Positions 46,893-55,738 of a stretch of 64,000 bases of DNA are shown piece by piece; positions within the stretch are counted from its first letter, which is position 1, and every line of letters starts with the position of its first letter. Both the position numbers and the translations under genes were made by a program. The notes under the pieces are model-generated. The model was not told the DNA's origin, made no database searches, and was given only the letters and a program-made list of their open reading frames with translations. The stretch covers positions 63,157 through 127,156 of the forward strand of contig JBHGAY010000016.1 in assembly GCA_041946735.1 (NCBI GenBank), given 5' to 3'. The stretch comes from Candidatus Eiseniibacteriota bacterium (lineage in GTDB: Bacteria > Eisenbacteria > RBG-16-71-46 > CAIMUX01 > VGJL01).

Positions 46893-47210
46893 CTAGCCGC
46901 GCACGTCGATGCGCTGCCCGGTCGGCGCCGGCATCGCATCGGAGGGTCTCCCGCCCGGCCGGTAGGTGATGGGACCGAGGGACGCCTGCTTCTCGAAGAA
47001 CTCGCGCTCGTCGGGAGTGAGCAGATCCCAGAAGGAGGACTGCGCGGCGAGCGAGGACGCGGCCGGCGGCTCCTGCGCCTGCCTGCCGCCCGTCGCGGCG
47101 GCGGCGGCTTGGCCCGCCCTGCCCCCAGCCGCGGCGCTCCTGGTGGGCGCGGCCGAGAATGCCTGTGGGATGGCGGCAGCTCCCGTCGGACCAGAAGGAT
47201 GAATCTCCAT
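46893..47210 (-). CDS. Small hypothetical protein in the flagellar operon
   Basis: Purine-rich RBS, co-oriented between flgC and fliE, DLLTPDEREFF..GPITY..GQRIDVRG. Confidence 0.65.
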   Translation of the reverse strand: MEIHPSGPTGAAAIPQAFSAAPTRSAAAGGRAGQAAAAATGGRQAQEPPAASSLAAQSSFWDLLTPDEREFFEKQASLGPITYRPGGRPSDAMPAPTGQRIDVRG

Positions 47211-47229
47211 CTCTCTTCCTCGACCTTCC

Positions 47230-47769
47230 TCAGATCTCCAGAGCGCGTTTGAGCATGCTCTTCGCGGCCTGGAAGACGCTGGCGTTCGCTTCGTGGATGC
47301 GGCGCGTGATCATCAGGTCGACCAGCTCGGTGCTGACGTCGACGTTCGGGTACTCGACGAACCCGTCGGCGTTCGCGTCGGGATGGCCGGGGTCGTAGAC
47401 GAGCCGGCCGGGTCGCGGGTCTTCGAGGACGCGCATCGAGCCATCCGCGGGCGGCGCCGCCGCGGCCGGCGGCGTGGCTGCCGTGGCGGCGGACTCGTCG
47501 TCGACGGTGCGCGAGTCCGGCGGCGCTCCCGACGCCGGCGCTCCTGCCGCCGGCGCTGCGGCCTCGCCGCCCCCTTGGCCTGTGACCGCGATCTGCCGGC
47601 GGTACGGGCCGCCGCCGGCGGTCCGCGTCGTCTCCGCGTTCGCGAGATTGCGCGCGATGATCTCCAGGAAACGCTGCTGTCGCGCCATCCCTCGCACGCT
47701 CGTCTCGAGCGACGGGAGGAATTGACGCGCCGGCCTTGGCTGGATCGGCAGCCGGATCGGACTAGCCAT
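47230..47769 (-). CDS. flgC: Flagellar basal body rod protein FlgC
   Basis: NLANAETTRT..GGPYRR, YDPGHPDA..G.V.YPNV..E..D.I. Confidence 0.96.
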   Translation of the reverse strand: MASPIRLPIQPRPARQFLPSLETSVRGMARQQRFLEIIARNLANAETTRTAGGGPYRRQIAVTGQGGGEAAAPAAGAPASGAPPDSRTVDDESAATAATPPAAAAPPADGSMRVLEDPRPGRLVYDPGHPDANADGFVEYPNVDVSTELVDLMITRRIHEANASVFQAAKSMLKRALEI

Positions 47770-48091
47770 GCTGGCGCACCGCCGCGCGCAACCGCTGGTA
47801 GGCGAGGGTCAAGAGTCGCGCATCGGTCTCGTAACGGAGCTGGGTGTCCGCGAGCGCCGCCATCTGCCGCTGCAGCTCCGCCTCGTCGAGAGGCTCGGCG
47901 TTGCGTGCGCGATCGGCGCCGCCCCCGCCGTCCTCTTGAGCGTTCAGCTCCGAGGCGAAGTCCGAGCGGCTGCTGCGCGTGAGCGCGGAAGCGACCCGCT
48001 CGGCGATCGCTTCGTGCGTGGCCATCGTTTCCTCGAGACCGCCGCGAAGCATGCCGGTCGTCGAGGAGGCTCCGAACAGCCCACGGATCAT
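47762..48091 (-). CDS. flgB: Divergent flagellar basal body rod protein FlgB
   Basis: First gene before flgC, GGAGG RBS, C-terminal ELQRQMAALADTQLRYE; lacks the canonical NIAN..TPGY motif. Confidence 0.65.
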   Translation of the reverse strand: MIRGLFGASSTTGMLRGGLEETMATHEAIAERVASALTRSSRSDFASELNAQEDGGGGADRARNAEPLDEAELQRQMAALADTQLRYETDARLLTLAYQRLRAAVRQHG

Positions 48092-48125
48092 GGTTCCTCC
48101 TGGAGAGAGTCCGGGGCCGGTCAGA

Positions 48126-48141
48126 AGCAAGCCGCATACCA
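48126..48141 (-). promoter_or_regulatory. Sigma54 -24/-12 promoter of the flgB operon
   Basis: TGGTAT-GCGGC-TTGCT about 35 nt upstream of the flgB ATG. Confidence 0.8.
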
Positions 48142-48376
48142 GGGCAGGAACGTGACACGGAAGTCGCGGCTGCGTCGTCCGTTGCAGGTCCCGATCGCAG
48201 CGCGCGCGAGACGTCTCGGGGGCAGGGAGCGGAAGAGTCTACCGGTGCAGGCCGGGAGATCTTGCCGCCCCGGCTCGCCGGCGATCGACGCGACTTGGAG
48301 CCTCAGGCATCGCGTCGCGTCGCGTGACAGCGGCGCGCGTTCGCGGCGCTCGCGCTGAGCGTTTTTCCCCAATTCC

Positions 48377-48403
48377 TCAAGTTCACCGCACACCCTCCGA
48401 TCC
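48377..48403 (+). promoter_or_regulatory. Sigma28-type promoter of flagellin 1
   Basis: TCAA-N15-TCCGATCC. Confidence 0.7.
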
Positions 48404-48478
48404 TTCGCGATGCCGGCACCCAGCCGGCACCGGCAGAAGCCCGGCAGAAAGTCACACGTCCCTAGGAAGGGGTGCAGA

Positions 48479-49294
48479 ATGGCCATCAACGACATCACCC
48501 TCGCCGGCGGAATGCGCCAGAACCTGGCGAGCCTGCAGCTCGTCGCGGCTCTACAGGCGCGCACCACCGAGCGACTGTCGACCGGAAAGCGGGTCAACTC
48601 CGCGGTCGACGATCCCTCCGCCTACTTCGCCGCTCAGAACCACTTGAGCCGCGCCAGCGACCTGGCGGGGCGCAAGGACGCGATGGGCGAGGCGATCCAG
48701 ACAGTCCGCGCTGCTACGGAAGGAATCGAGGCGATCACCGACCTGATCGATCAGGCGAAAGGTCTCACCGCCTCGGCCCGCGGTTCTACGACGGCCGACC
48801 GGCAAGCCCTGGCCGTTCAGTTCAACGACCTTCGAAACCAGATCGACGCGCTCGCGGGAGACGCCGGCTACCGGGGAACGAACTTCCTCGCCGACGACAG
48901 CCTGGTGGTCGAGTTCAACGAGGCGGGCGATTCGAGCTTGACGATCACCGGGTTCGACGCGACGACCGGCGGCGACCTCGCGATCGACGCGGCCGCCAAC
49001 GACTGGGCGACCGACGCCGACATCGACGCGGCCGTTACCGATCTCGACGCCGCCCTGGGCACGCTCCGCACCCAGGCGAAGACCCTGGCGGCGAACCTGA
49101 GCGTCGTGACGACCCGGCAGGAATTCACCACGAATCTCATCACCACCTTGACCACGGGGGCCGACAACCTGACGTCCGCGGACCAAAACGAGGAGGGAGC
49201 GAACATGCTCGCCCTCCAGACGCGGCAGCAGCTCGGCATCGTGGCCCTGAGCCTCTCGTCCCAGGCGCAACAGAGCATCCTCCGTCTCTTCTAG
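48479..49294 (+). CDS. fliC: Flagellin 1 (271 aa, alphaproteobacterial type)
   Basis: ITL..GMRQNL.SLQ..RLSTGKRVNSA.DDP.AYF; ADQNEEGANMLALQTRQQLG..ALSLSSQAQQSILRLF. Confidence 0.95.
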   Translation: MAINDITLAGGMRQNLASLQLVAALQARTTERLSTGKRVNSAVDDPSAYFAAQNHLSRASDLAGRKDAMGEAIQTVRAATEGIEAITDLIDQAKGLTASARGSTTADRQALAVQFNDLRNQIDALAGDAGYRGTNFLADDSLVVEFNEAGDSSLTITGFDATTGGDLAIDAAANDWATDADIDAAVTDLDAALGTLRTQAKTLAANLSVVTTRQEFTTNLITTLTTGADNLTSADQNEEGANMLALQTRQQLGIVALSLSSQAQQSILRLF

Positions 49295-49420
49295 GCGGAG
49301 CGGACTGGTCGGTGGGGGGATGGCGCGAGTCGGACGAAGCCTCCCCCCGTTTCTCCCCGGGGCGGCACTGCGAATGAAGGGCCGATCCGGGCGGGGACCG
49401 ACAGGAAAGCGAGGAGATCC

Positions 49421-49810
49421 ATGGCGCTCCGGCTGACGTTGAAGCCCAACGAACGGGTGATCATCGGCGGGGCCGTGCTGCGGAACGGAGCGGGCCGGAC
49501 CTGGCTCTTGATCGAGAACCAGGTTCCGGTCTTGCGAGGTTCCGACATCCTGAGCCCGCAAGCCGTGCGGACGCCGTGCGAGAGAATCTATCTGGCGCTT
49601 CAGTTGATGTACGTGGACCCCGAGAACGCCGTGCAGCACGAGGGGACCTTCCGTGAGCTGGTCTCCGAGGTCTGCGAGGCGGCGCCGAGCTGCCATACCT
49701 GGATCGACAGGGTCCAGGATTCGGTGGCACGGGGACAGCTCTACCAGGCGTTGAAGGCGGCTCGAGTTTTGCTCGAGCACGAGCGGGAGTTGATGTCGAA
49801 TGTTTCGTAG
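49421..49810 (+). CDS. flbT: Flagellin regulator FlbT
   Basis: MAL.L.LKPNERVIIGGAV..N..IENQVP.LR..DIL..TPC.RIY..QLMY..YQALK..R.L..E. Confidence 0.93.
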   Translation: MALRLTLKPNERVIIGGAVLRNGAGRTWLLIENQVPVLRGSDILSPQAVRTPCERIYLALQLMYVDPENAVQHEGTFRELVSEVCEAAPSCHTWIDRVQDSVARGQLYQALKAARVLLEHERELMSNVS

Positions 49811-50177
49811 TCCTGTGCAGGCGTACGAGGCCGGGAGCAAGACGAGCGCGTCGAGTCGCGAGCTGGAAGCGGCCGCCCTGTTCAAGGCGGCCCGGTCGCT
49901 CGAGACCTGCAAGGATGGATGGAACGAGCCGCAGAAGCGGGAGACCCTCGACGACGCCCTGCGGCAGAATCTGCGGCTCTGGAGCCTGTTCCAGGCGGAA
50001 CTCGCGCGCCCGGACCACGAGCTTCCTCTCGATCTGCGGGTGGACCTCCTCAGGTTGTCCGCTTTCGTCGATCGGAGGACGTTCGATCTGATGGCGCATC
50101 CGGAGCCGGAGAAGCTGCAGGCGCTGATCGACATCAACCGGCACATCGCCTCCGGGCTGGCAGCGACCCCGTCCTAG
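49800..50177 (+). CDS. flaF: Flagellin assembly/regulatory protein FlaF
   Basis: AY..RELEA..L..AL..N.RLW..FQ..LP..LR..L..LS.F..LIDINR.IA.GL. Confidence 0.93.
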   Translation: MFRSPVQAYEAGSKTSASSRELEAAALFKAARSLETCKDGWNEPQKRETLDDALRQNLRLWSLFQAELARPDHELPLDLRVDLLRLSAFVDRRTFDLMAHPEPEKLQALIDINRHIASGLAATPS

Positions 50178-50326
50178 ATCGAAGGACGGAGCGCGCGCAC
50201 GCGCACGACGGCCGAAGCGGTGGAAGTCGGCCGCATGGCGGTCCGTCATCGAAAGGAGAAAGACAGGGGCCGCGGGAACCGGGATCCGGTCCTCGCGGCC
50301 CGCTCGATTGCGAGTGCGGAGGCGGC

Positions 50327-50389
50327 GCGAGTGGGCGCAAGGGCGCTGCGAGTGGGCGCGAGGGCGGCGCGAGTGGGCGCAAGGGCGCC
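50327..50389. repeat. Three tandem 21-bp direct repeats
   Basis: gcgagtgggcgcaagggcgct / gcgagtgggcgcgagggcggc / gcgagtgggcgcaagggcgcc, plus a partial copy at 50310-50326. Confidence 0.85.
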
Positions 50390-50492
50390 CCTCGTTCGGG
50401 GCGGCGGCCACCTCTTCACCGGCCGAATCCGCTTGCGACGCGCCGCCGCGACGGTCTAGATGGGTGAGGAAGAAATCCAGCAGGGAGTCTTC

Positions 50493-53063
50493 ATGAGCGC
50501 TGATCGCAGAATGCGAGACCTCCACCGCCTCGTCGAGTCCGGCCGCTACGAGATCCTGAGCCTCGACCTCTTCGACACGGTCCTGTGGCGGATGGTCCCA
50601 GAACCGGTCGACGTGCACTTCCTGGTCGCCCGCCGCCTACTCGACGGCGGATCGATCCACGATTCCTCCAGCATCGAGAGCTACGTGACCGAGCGGGTCC
50701 GGGCGGAGGAGAGAGCCAGGAAGGCGAAGAAGACGACCCCCGAGGTCACGCTAGCGGAGATCTTCGCCGAGTTCCCGGCCGGCTACCTGCGCGGAATCTC
50801 GCCCGCGCAGGCGGCAGAGGTCGAGTTCGAGGTGGAACGGAGCGTCGTCCGCGTGGACGCGGGGATGGCCGGGCTGATCGGGGAAGCGCGGCGGCGTGGC
50901 CTGAAGATCGCTTTCGTCTCCGACACCTACTTCGAGAGGCGGCAGATCGAGGCGCTGGCCACCATCCCGGCGGATCACCTGATCCTCTCGTGCGAGCACG
51001 GCCTTTCGAAGTATGCGGGACTTCACCGCGTCCTGCTCGAGCGCTCTCGCGTCGCCGGCGACCGGATCCTGCACGTCGGCAACGACTACCGATCGGACGT
51101 CGAAGGCCCCGGCGTCTTCGGGATCGAGCGCTTCTGGTATCGCAAGTACCCCGATCCGTTCACCGGGATGGTTGGCCGGGAGCTTCCGCGAACCTATACG
51201 CTTCGGCGCGACCTCGTCTCGTCCTCGGATCTTGGCCTGACGACGCTGCGCGGCCGCGCGATGTTCCACTGCGGCGACGACGAGCACGCCGCATGGGGAG
51301 CGGGCGTTCTCGGGCCGATCGTCTGCGGGTTCGCCGACTGGGTCGTCGAGAAGGCGCGCTCGCTCGGCATCGAGCGGCTGCTGTGCCTCATGCGCGAGGG
51401 GAGGATCTTGAAGCGCGTGATCGATGGCGCGATCGATGGGCCGGTTGGCGCGATCGACGGCTCAGGTGGCTCGAGTGGCGGCTTGGCGAACTCCGCGAAC
51501 AGGATCGAGACCGTCGAGCTCTTCGCGTCGCGCTACGCGGCCCTCCGCGCGGCGATCTTCGAAGGAACCGAGGAGGAGATCGCCTCGTTCGTCCATCGCC
51601 CGACGCCGCAGCCGCTCGAGCGGATCCTGACGCAGCTCGGCCTCGACCCTCGTGACCTCGACGCCGGGGACCCTTCCCGCCTGCTTTCGCCGGACGAAGC
51701 CAGGCGCCTCGTCCGCGCGATCGCGCGAAACGCGCGGCTGCGAGCGAAGGTCGTGGCGGCGAGCGCCGAATGCCGGCGCCGCCTGCTCCGCCACCTCCTG
51801 CCCGCTCTGGGCAGCGGCCGCGGCGGCCGCGGCGGCCGCGGCGGCCCCGGCCGCGACGCGACGATCGGCATCGTCGATCTCGGTTATCGCGGCACGATCC
51901 AGGAATGTCTCCAGCGGATCTGCGATCACGAGGGGCTGGGCGTCCGGACCCATGGCCTCTATCTCGTGACGGGCGGCGAGGTGCACCACACGCAGGCGAC
52001 CGGCGCCGTGGTCGAGGGCTGGCTCGCCGAGAACGGCCAGCCGGTCGGGATGGCCCACTCCTTCATGCGTTCGCCCGAGATCATCGAGCAGAGCCTGATG
52101 GCGGACTGCGGCACGACGACCGGCTACGCGGAGGACGGCCGGCCGATCCTCGACGAGTTCCGGATCGACGACGCGCAGCGCCGCCAGATCGCTTCGATCC
52201 AGGAAGGGCTTCTCGTCTATGCCGGGCTTTGGCAGGAGCACAAGAAGAGCGTCCTGCAACCTGCCGGCCGCCTCGACGGCGCCTGTCTCGACCGCCTGAA
52301 GCCGCTGTACCAGGGCATCTGCATCCGTTCGGTCGCGCGGCCGCTCGACGTCGAGCTGCGGCTTTTCGGCGGCTGGCGGCACGACGAGAACTTCGGGTCG
52401 GCAGGGGCGCGCACGCTGACCGAGGTGCCGGACCTCGATCCCTGGGAGAAGAGCCACATTTCCGCCCATCAGGTCGCGAGCCTCCCACACGGACGGCTCT
52501 ACTGGCCGTTCGGCTTCGCGCATCAGGTCAGCGCGAACATGGGGGAGGCGGTCGCCGGGATCTTCCTCCGCTCAGTCGATCCGGAGATCCTCAAGCACGC
52601 CGGTCCGCCCCGCCCGCTCGTTTTCTACTGGGACTCGGGCGCCGGTTTCTCCAATCAGCAGGCAGCGGTGCAGGAGTACCGGCTGAACAATCGTGGCAAT
52701 CTGTGGCATCGCATGAGCCTCAAGCTCGAGCGCGGGCGCAACCGGGCCGTCGGCATCAGTGTCGGCCTGGTCGGCGAAGTGCTCCAGATCACCGGAGTGC
52801 TCGTGCGCGTCGAGCCGGCGTCGCGGCCCACCGGCGAGCGCCGGGTCGTTCGATTCCCTCACGAGGCGATCGAGAAGCTGGGCTACGAGCCGCTGCACGG
52901 CAACCTCTATCTCGTCCGCGAAGATCCGGCCCTGCTCGTCGTGCCGACCGAAGGGATCGAGGACTTCACCGGGATGATGCACGTCGACCTCTTCTTCTCG
53001 ATCCTGTCGCCCGCCGGCGCCTGCGCTGTAGGGGCTGCGGCAGCTCCTTCCGAGGGATCGTGA
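50493..53063 (+). CDS. Large HAD-superfamily hydrolase-domain protein of the type found in glycan loci
   Basis: SLDLFDTVLWR (motif I), VSDTY, LHVGN...DV, LMREG, IVDLGYRGTIQ; GGGAG RBS. Confidence 0.8.
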   Translation: MSADRRMRDLHRLVESGRYEILSLDLFDTVLWRMVPEPVDVHFLVARRLLDGGSIHDSSSIESYVTERVRAEERARKAKKTTPEVTLAEIFAEFPAGYLRGISPAQAAEVEFEVERSVVRVDAGMAGLIGEARRRGLKIAFVSDTYFERRQIEALATIPADHLILSCEHGLSKYAGLHRVLLERSRVAGDRILHVGNDYRSDVEGPGVFGIERFWYRKYPDPFTGMVGRELPRTYTLRRDLVSSSDLGLTTLRGRAMFHCGDDEHAAWGAGVLGPIVCGFADWVVEKARSLGIERLLCLMREGRILKRVIDGAIDGPVGAIDGSGGSSGGLANSANRIETVELFASRYAALRAAIFEGTEEEIASFVHRPTPQPLERILTQLGLDPRDLDAGDPSRLLSPDEARRLVRAIARNARLRAKVVAASAECRRRLLRHLLPALGSGRGGRGGRGGPGRDATIGIVDLGYRGTIQECLQRICDHEGLGVRTHGLYLVTGGEVHHTQATGAVVEGWLAENGQPVGMAHSFMRSPEIIEQSLMADCGTTTGYAEDGRPILDEFRIDDAQRRQIASIQEGLLVYAGLWQEHKKSVLQPAGRLDGACLDRLKPLYQGICIRSVARPLDVELRLFGGWRHDENFGSAGARTLTEVPDLDPWEKSHISAHQVASLPHGRLYWPFGFAHQVSANMGEAVAGIFLRSVDPEILKHAGPPRPLVFYWDSGAGFSNQQAAVQEYRLNNRGNLWHRMSLKLERGRNRAVGISVGLVGEVLQITGVLVRVEPASRPTGERRVVRFPHEAIEKLGYEPLHGNLYLVREDPALLVVPTEGIEDFTGMMHVDLFFSILSPAGACAVGAAAAPSEGS

Positions 53064-54598
53064 GCCGCTCGACCTTGCAGAAGGCGTTCGAGCTGCACCA
53101 GGCCGGCCGCCTCGACGAGGCCGAGCGGATCTACGAGAAGTTCCTCACCGCCGCGCCCGAGCATGCCGAGACGCTCCACCTGTTGGGCTGCCTGCGCCTG
53201 CAACGCGGCAGGATCGACGAGGCGCTCGACCTGCTCCGGCGCGCGGTCGATCACGAGCCGCTCGTCGGCCGCTACCACGAGCACCTCGCGGATGCGCACC
53301 ACCGCGCGGGCCGTGCCGACCTCGCGGAGTCGGAGGCGCGCCTCGCGCTTCGCTGCGATTCCTCGCTGCACCGTCCGCGGAACCTGCTCGGCCTGCTGGC
53401 CCTCGAGCGCGGCGAAGCGGTCGAGGCGATCGACTGGTTCAGCCAGGCGCTGCGTGCGAAGGTGCCCTACGCCGACGCGATGGTGAATCTCTCCGTCGCC
53501 CTGAACCGGACGGGGGAGTTCGAGCTGTCGAAGGACTATGCGGAGCTTGCGCTGAAGGTGGAGCCGTCGAATCCGAAGGCGTGGACCAACCTCGGCATGG
53601 CGCTCCGCGGTCTGCGCCGGCTCGCGGACGCCAAGGCGGCGTTCGAGCGCGCCGGGGCGTTCCCGATGGCCCGCTTCAACCTCGGCTACTGCCTCCTTCT
53701 CGAGGACGATCTAGCGCGCGGCCTCCCGCTGTGCGAGGAGCGCAAGCGCCTGCTCGGCCTGGGTCTGGGCAAGGGGATGACGATCCCCGAGTGGTACGGA
53801 GGGGACGCGAAGCAGAAGCGGCTCCTCGTCCTTCACGAGCAGGGGTTGGGCGACACGATCCTCACCGCCCGCTTCCTGCCGGAGGTGCGGCGGCGCTGCC
53901 GCGACCTGCTCGTCGTCGTGCAGCCGCCGCTCGAGCGGCTGCTCGCGGGCGCCTTCCCCGATCTGGCCTTTGCCGCTGCGCTGCCGGAGGGCGCGGCCGA
54001 CGACTTCGACCTCTGGTGCCCCGCGATGAGCCTGCCGCTGCTTCTCGGCATCGATCACGCGGACCGGATCCCGAACGAGCCGTGGATCCGGCTCGCGTCC
54101 GCCCGCCCTCGACCGGCGCCTGCGGCCGCGGCCGGTCCTGGCCCGGCTCGGGCCCGAGTCGGCCTCAACTGGGCCGGCAATCCGTCCTACGCTTATGACG
54201 CGATCCGCTCGACGAGCCTCGACCACCTCCGGCCGCTCCTCGCGATCGAGGGGATCGACTGGATCTCGCTTCACAAGGGTTGCCGCGAAGTTGAAGCCGA
54301 ACGCCTCGGCCTGCCGCAGCCTCTGCGCGACGCGGCGGACTTCGCAGACACGGCGGAGGTGCTGGCGGGCCTCGATTGCGTGGTATCGACGGAGACGGCG
54401 GTGCCGAACCTCTCGGCCGCGATGGGCATTCCGACGATCGTCCTGACGATGCCGGACTACGACTGGCGCTGGCGATCGTGGTATCCGGGCGTCACCGTCT
54501 GCGACCAGGATTCGGTGGGGGACTGGGAAAGCGCCGTGGCGAAAGCGGCCGCGGCGCTACGCGCCTGCCTCGCCGCCCGTGCGGCGGCCGATCCCTGA
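53060..54598 (+). CDS. TPR-repeat glycosyltransferase (GT-B fold, GT9-like), candidate flagellin glycosyltransferase
   Basis: GTG overlaps the upstream stop; N-terminal TPRs; EQGLGDTI..RF, MSLP, GLNWAGNP, DFADTA..LD.VVS.ETAV..L..AMG. Confidence 0.85.
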   Translation: MSRSTLQKAFELHQAGRLDEAERIYEKFLTAAPEHAETLHLLGCLRLQRGRIDEALDLLRRAVDHEPLVGRYHEHLADAHHRAGRADLAESEARLALRCDSSLHRPRNLLGLLALERGEAVEAIDWFSQALRAKVPYADAMVNLSVALNRTGEFELSKDYAELALKVEPSNPKAWTNLGMALRGLRRLADAKAAFERAGAFPMARFNLGYCLLLEDDLARGLPLCEERKRLLGLGLGKGMTIPEWYGGDAKQKRLLVLHEQGLGDTILTARFLPEVRRRCRDLLVVVQPPLERLLAGAFPDLAFAAALPEGAADDFDLWCPAMSLPLLLGIDHADRIPNEPWIRLASARPRPAPAAAAGPGPARARVGLNWAGNPSYAYDAIRSTSLDHLRPLLAIEGIDWISLHKGCREVEAERLGLPQPLRDAADFADTAEVLAGLDCVVSTETAVPNLSAAMGIPTIVLTMPDYDWRWRSWYPGVTVCDQDSVGDWESAVAKAAAALRACLAARAAADP

Positions 54599-54623
54599 CA
54601 CGCGCGCCCCCCGGGGCGCCGGA

Positions 54624-55490
54624 TCAATCCATGTAGTCGAGGATGTCGATCGAAAGGACCTGCCCGACCATCTCGTAGGCGCGTTCGAGGGCCGACTGCG
54701 CGGACATCACCTTCAGGATCGCTTCGGCCGGATCGACGTCGCGGGCTTCGTCCCGGCGGTCCTCGAGGTTCAGCGACCTCGACGAGAGCCGGTCGTTGGC
54801 GTCCCTCACCTGGCCGAGCCGGATCCCGATCTCCGACTCTGCGAGCAATGCCAGCTGCTGCGCGTCGTCGAGGACGGGGATCGTCGCCTGGATCGACTCC
54901 GCCGTCCCGCTTTCCAGCTCCTGGAGCAGGGCGTCGATCGCATCGATGGCAGGCGAGAAGATCTGGTCTCCCGTGTGGTTCGTCTCGATCTGCACGGCGT
55001 CATCGATCGCGATCTCCCGGATCAGTCCATCCCCCACGTAGCTGCCGTCGGGAAGGAAAGGCGCGTCGGCGGTCTCCCCGCCGCCGAAGATGTACTCGTC
55101 GCCAATTCGGGTGTTGCCGAGGGAGAGGAGCTGCACGCGAAGCTGCCGTAGGCTCACGGCCGCCGCCTGGCGAAGGGGATCGTCGGGATCGTCGCTCGCC
55201 CCGGACATCGCCATCTCCTTCGCCTGCGTCAGCAGCTCGCGCACGGAGCCGAGCACCCCCTCCTCTGTGGAGAGGCGGGTCTCGGCCGACGAGGTGTTGC
55301 GCCGGTACTGGGCGATCGACCGGATGTGCGCGTCGAGTCGCATGATCTGTGCCGCGTCGATCGGTCCGTCGGAGATGGAGCGGATGCGGCGGCCGCTGTT
55401 TGCCTGCTCCTGGGCGGTCGAGAGGGATTGGAGATTCCGGTGAATGCTGCGGAGCGTGCTCTGCACGAGCATGCGGTTCGAGATGCGCAT
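54624..55490 (-). CDS. flgL: Flagellar hook-associated protein 3 FlgL
   Basis: MRISNRM..Q..SGRRI..SD.P, LGNT....YIFGG..PF, DVD.AEA..S.QSALE..ILDYM. Confidence 0.92.
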   Translation of the reverse strand: MRISNRMLVQSTLRSIHRNLQSLSTAQEQANSGRRIRSISDGPIDAAQIMRLDAHIRSIAQYRRNTSSAETRLSTEEGVLGSVRELLTQAKEMAMSGASDDPDDPLRQAAAVSLRQLRVQLLSLGNTRIGDEYIFGGGETADAPFLPDGSYVGDGLIREIAIDDAVQIETNHTGDQIFSPAIDAIDALLQELESGTAESIQATIPVLDDAQQLALLAESEIGIRLGQVRDANDRLSSRSLNLEDRRDEARDVDPAEAILKVMSAQSALERAYEMVGQVLSIDILDYMD

Positions 55491-55540
55491 GAGCTTCCCC
55501 TTCTCCTGTGGATCGTCCTGCCTCTTCCGGCCTCCCTTCA

Positions 55541-55568
55541 GTATCGGAGCGAGCGGGCGCGAGCTTGA
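55541..55568 (-). promoter_or_regulatory. Sigma28-type promoter of flgL
   Basis: TCAA-N16-TCCGATAC on the minus strand. Confidence 0.6.
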
Positions 55569-55628
55569 GCGAGGGCATTGCATTCCGCATCCCGGGCGGA
55601 TGAGCCGGAAAAATCTTCCGCTCGCGTC

Positions 55629-55655
55629 TCAAGTTCGCGGCGCGCAATCCGATGC
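55629..55655 (+). promoter_or_regulatory. Sigma28-type promoter of flagellin 2
   Basis: TCAA-N15-TCCGATGC. Confidence 0.7.
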
Positions 55656-55738
55656 TTGTAGAGCCGGCATCCCGCCGGCGCCCCCAGCAGAACGCCAGGG
55701 TCCGGAAGTGACACATCCCTAGAAGAGGGGGAAACCGA

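Noticed and set aside
15718..48091. Non-flagellar type III injectisome
   Set aside because: Hook, rod, FliG/M/N, FlgD and flagellin genes identify a flagellar system; no secretin or needle genes are seen.
50220..50459. 79-aa ORF between flaF and the HAD gene
   Set aside because: Largely a translation of the 21-bp repeat, with no convincing RBS or motif.
51770..53059. N-terminal 430 codons of the 942-aa ORF
   Set aside because: They overlap the HAD gene out of frame; the glycosyltransferase starts at GTG 53060.
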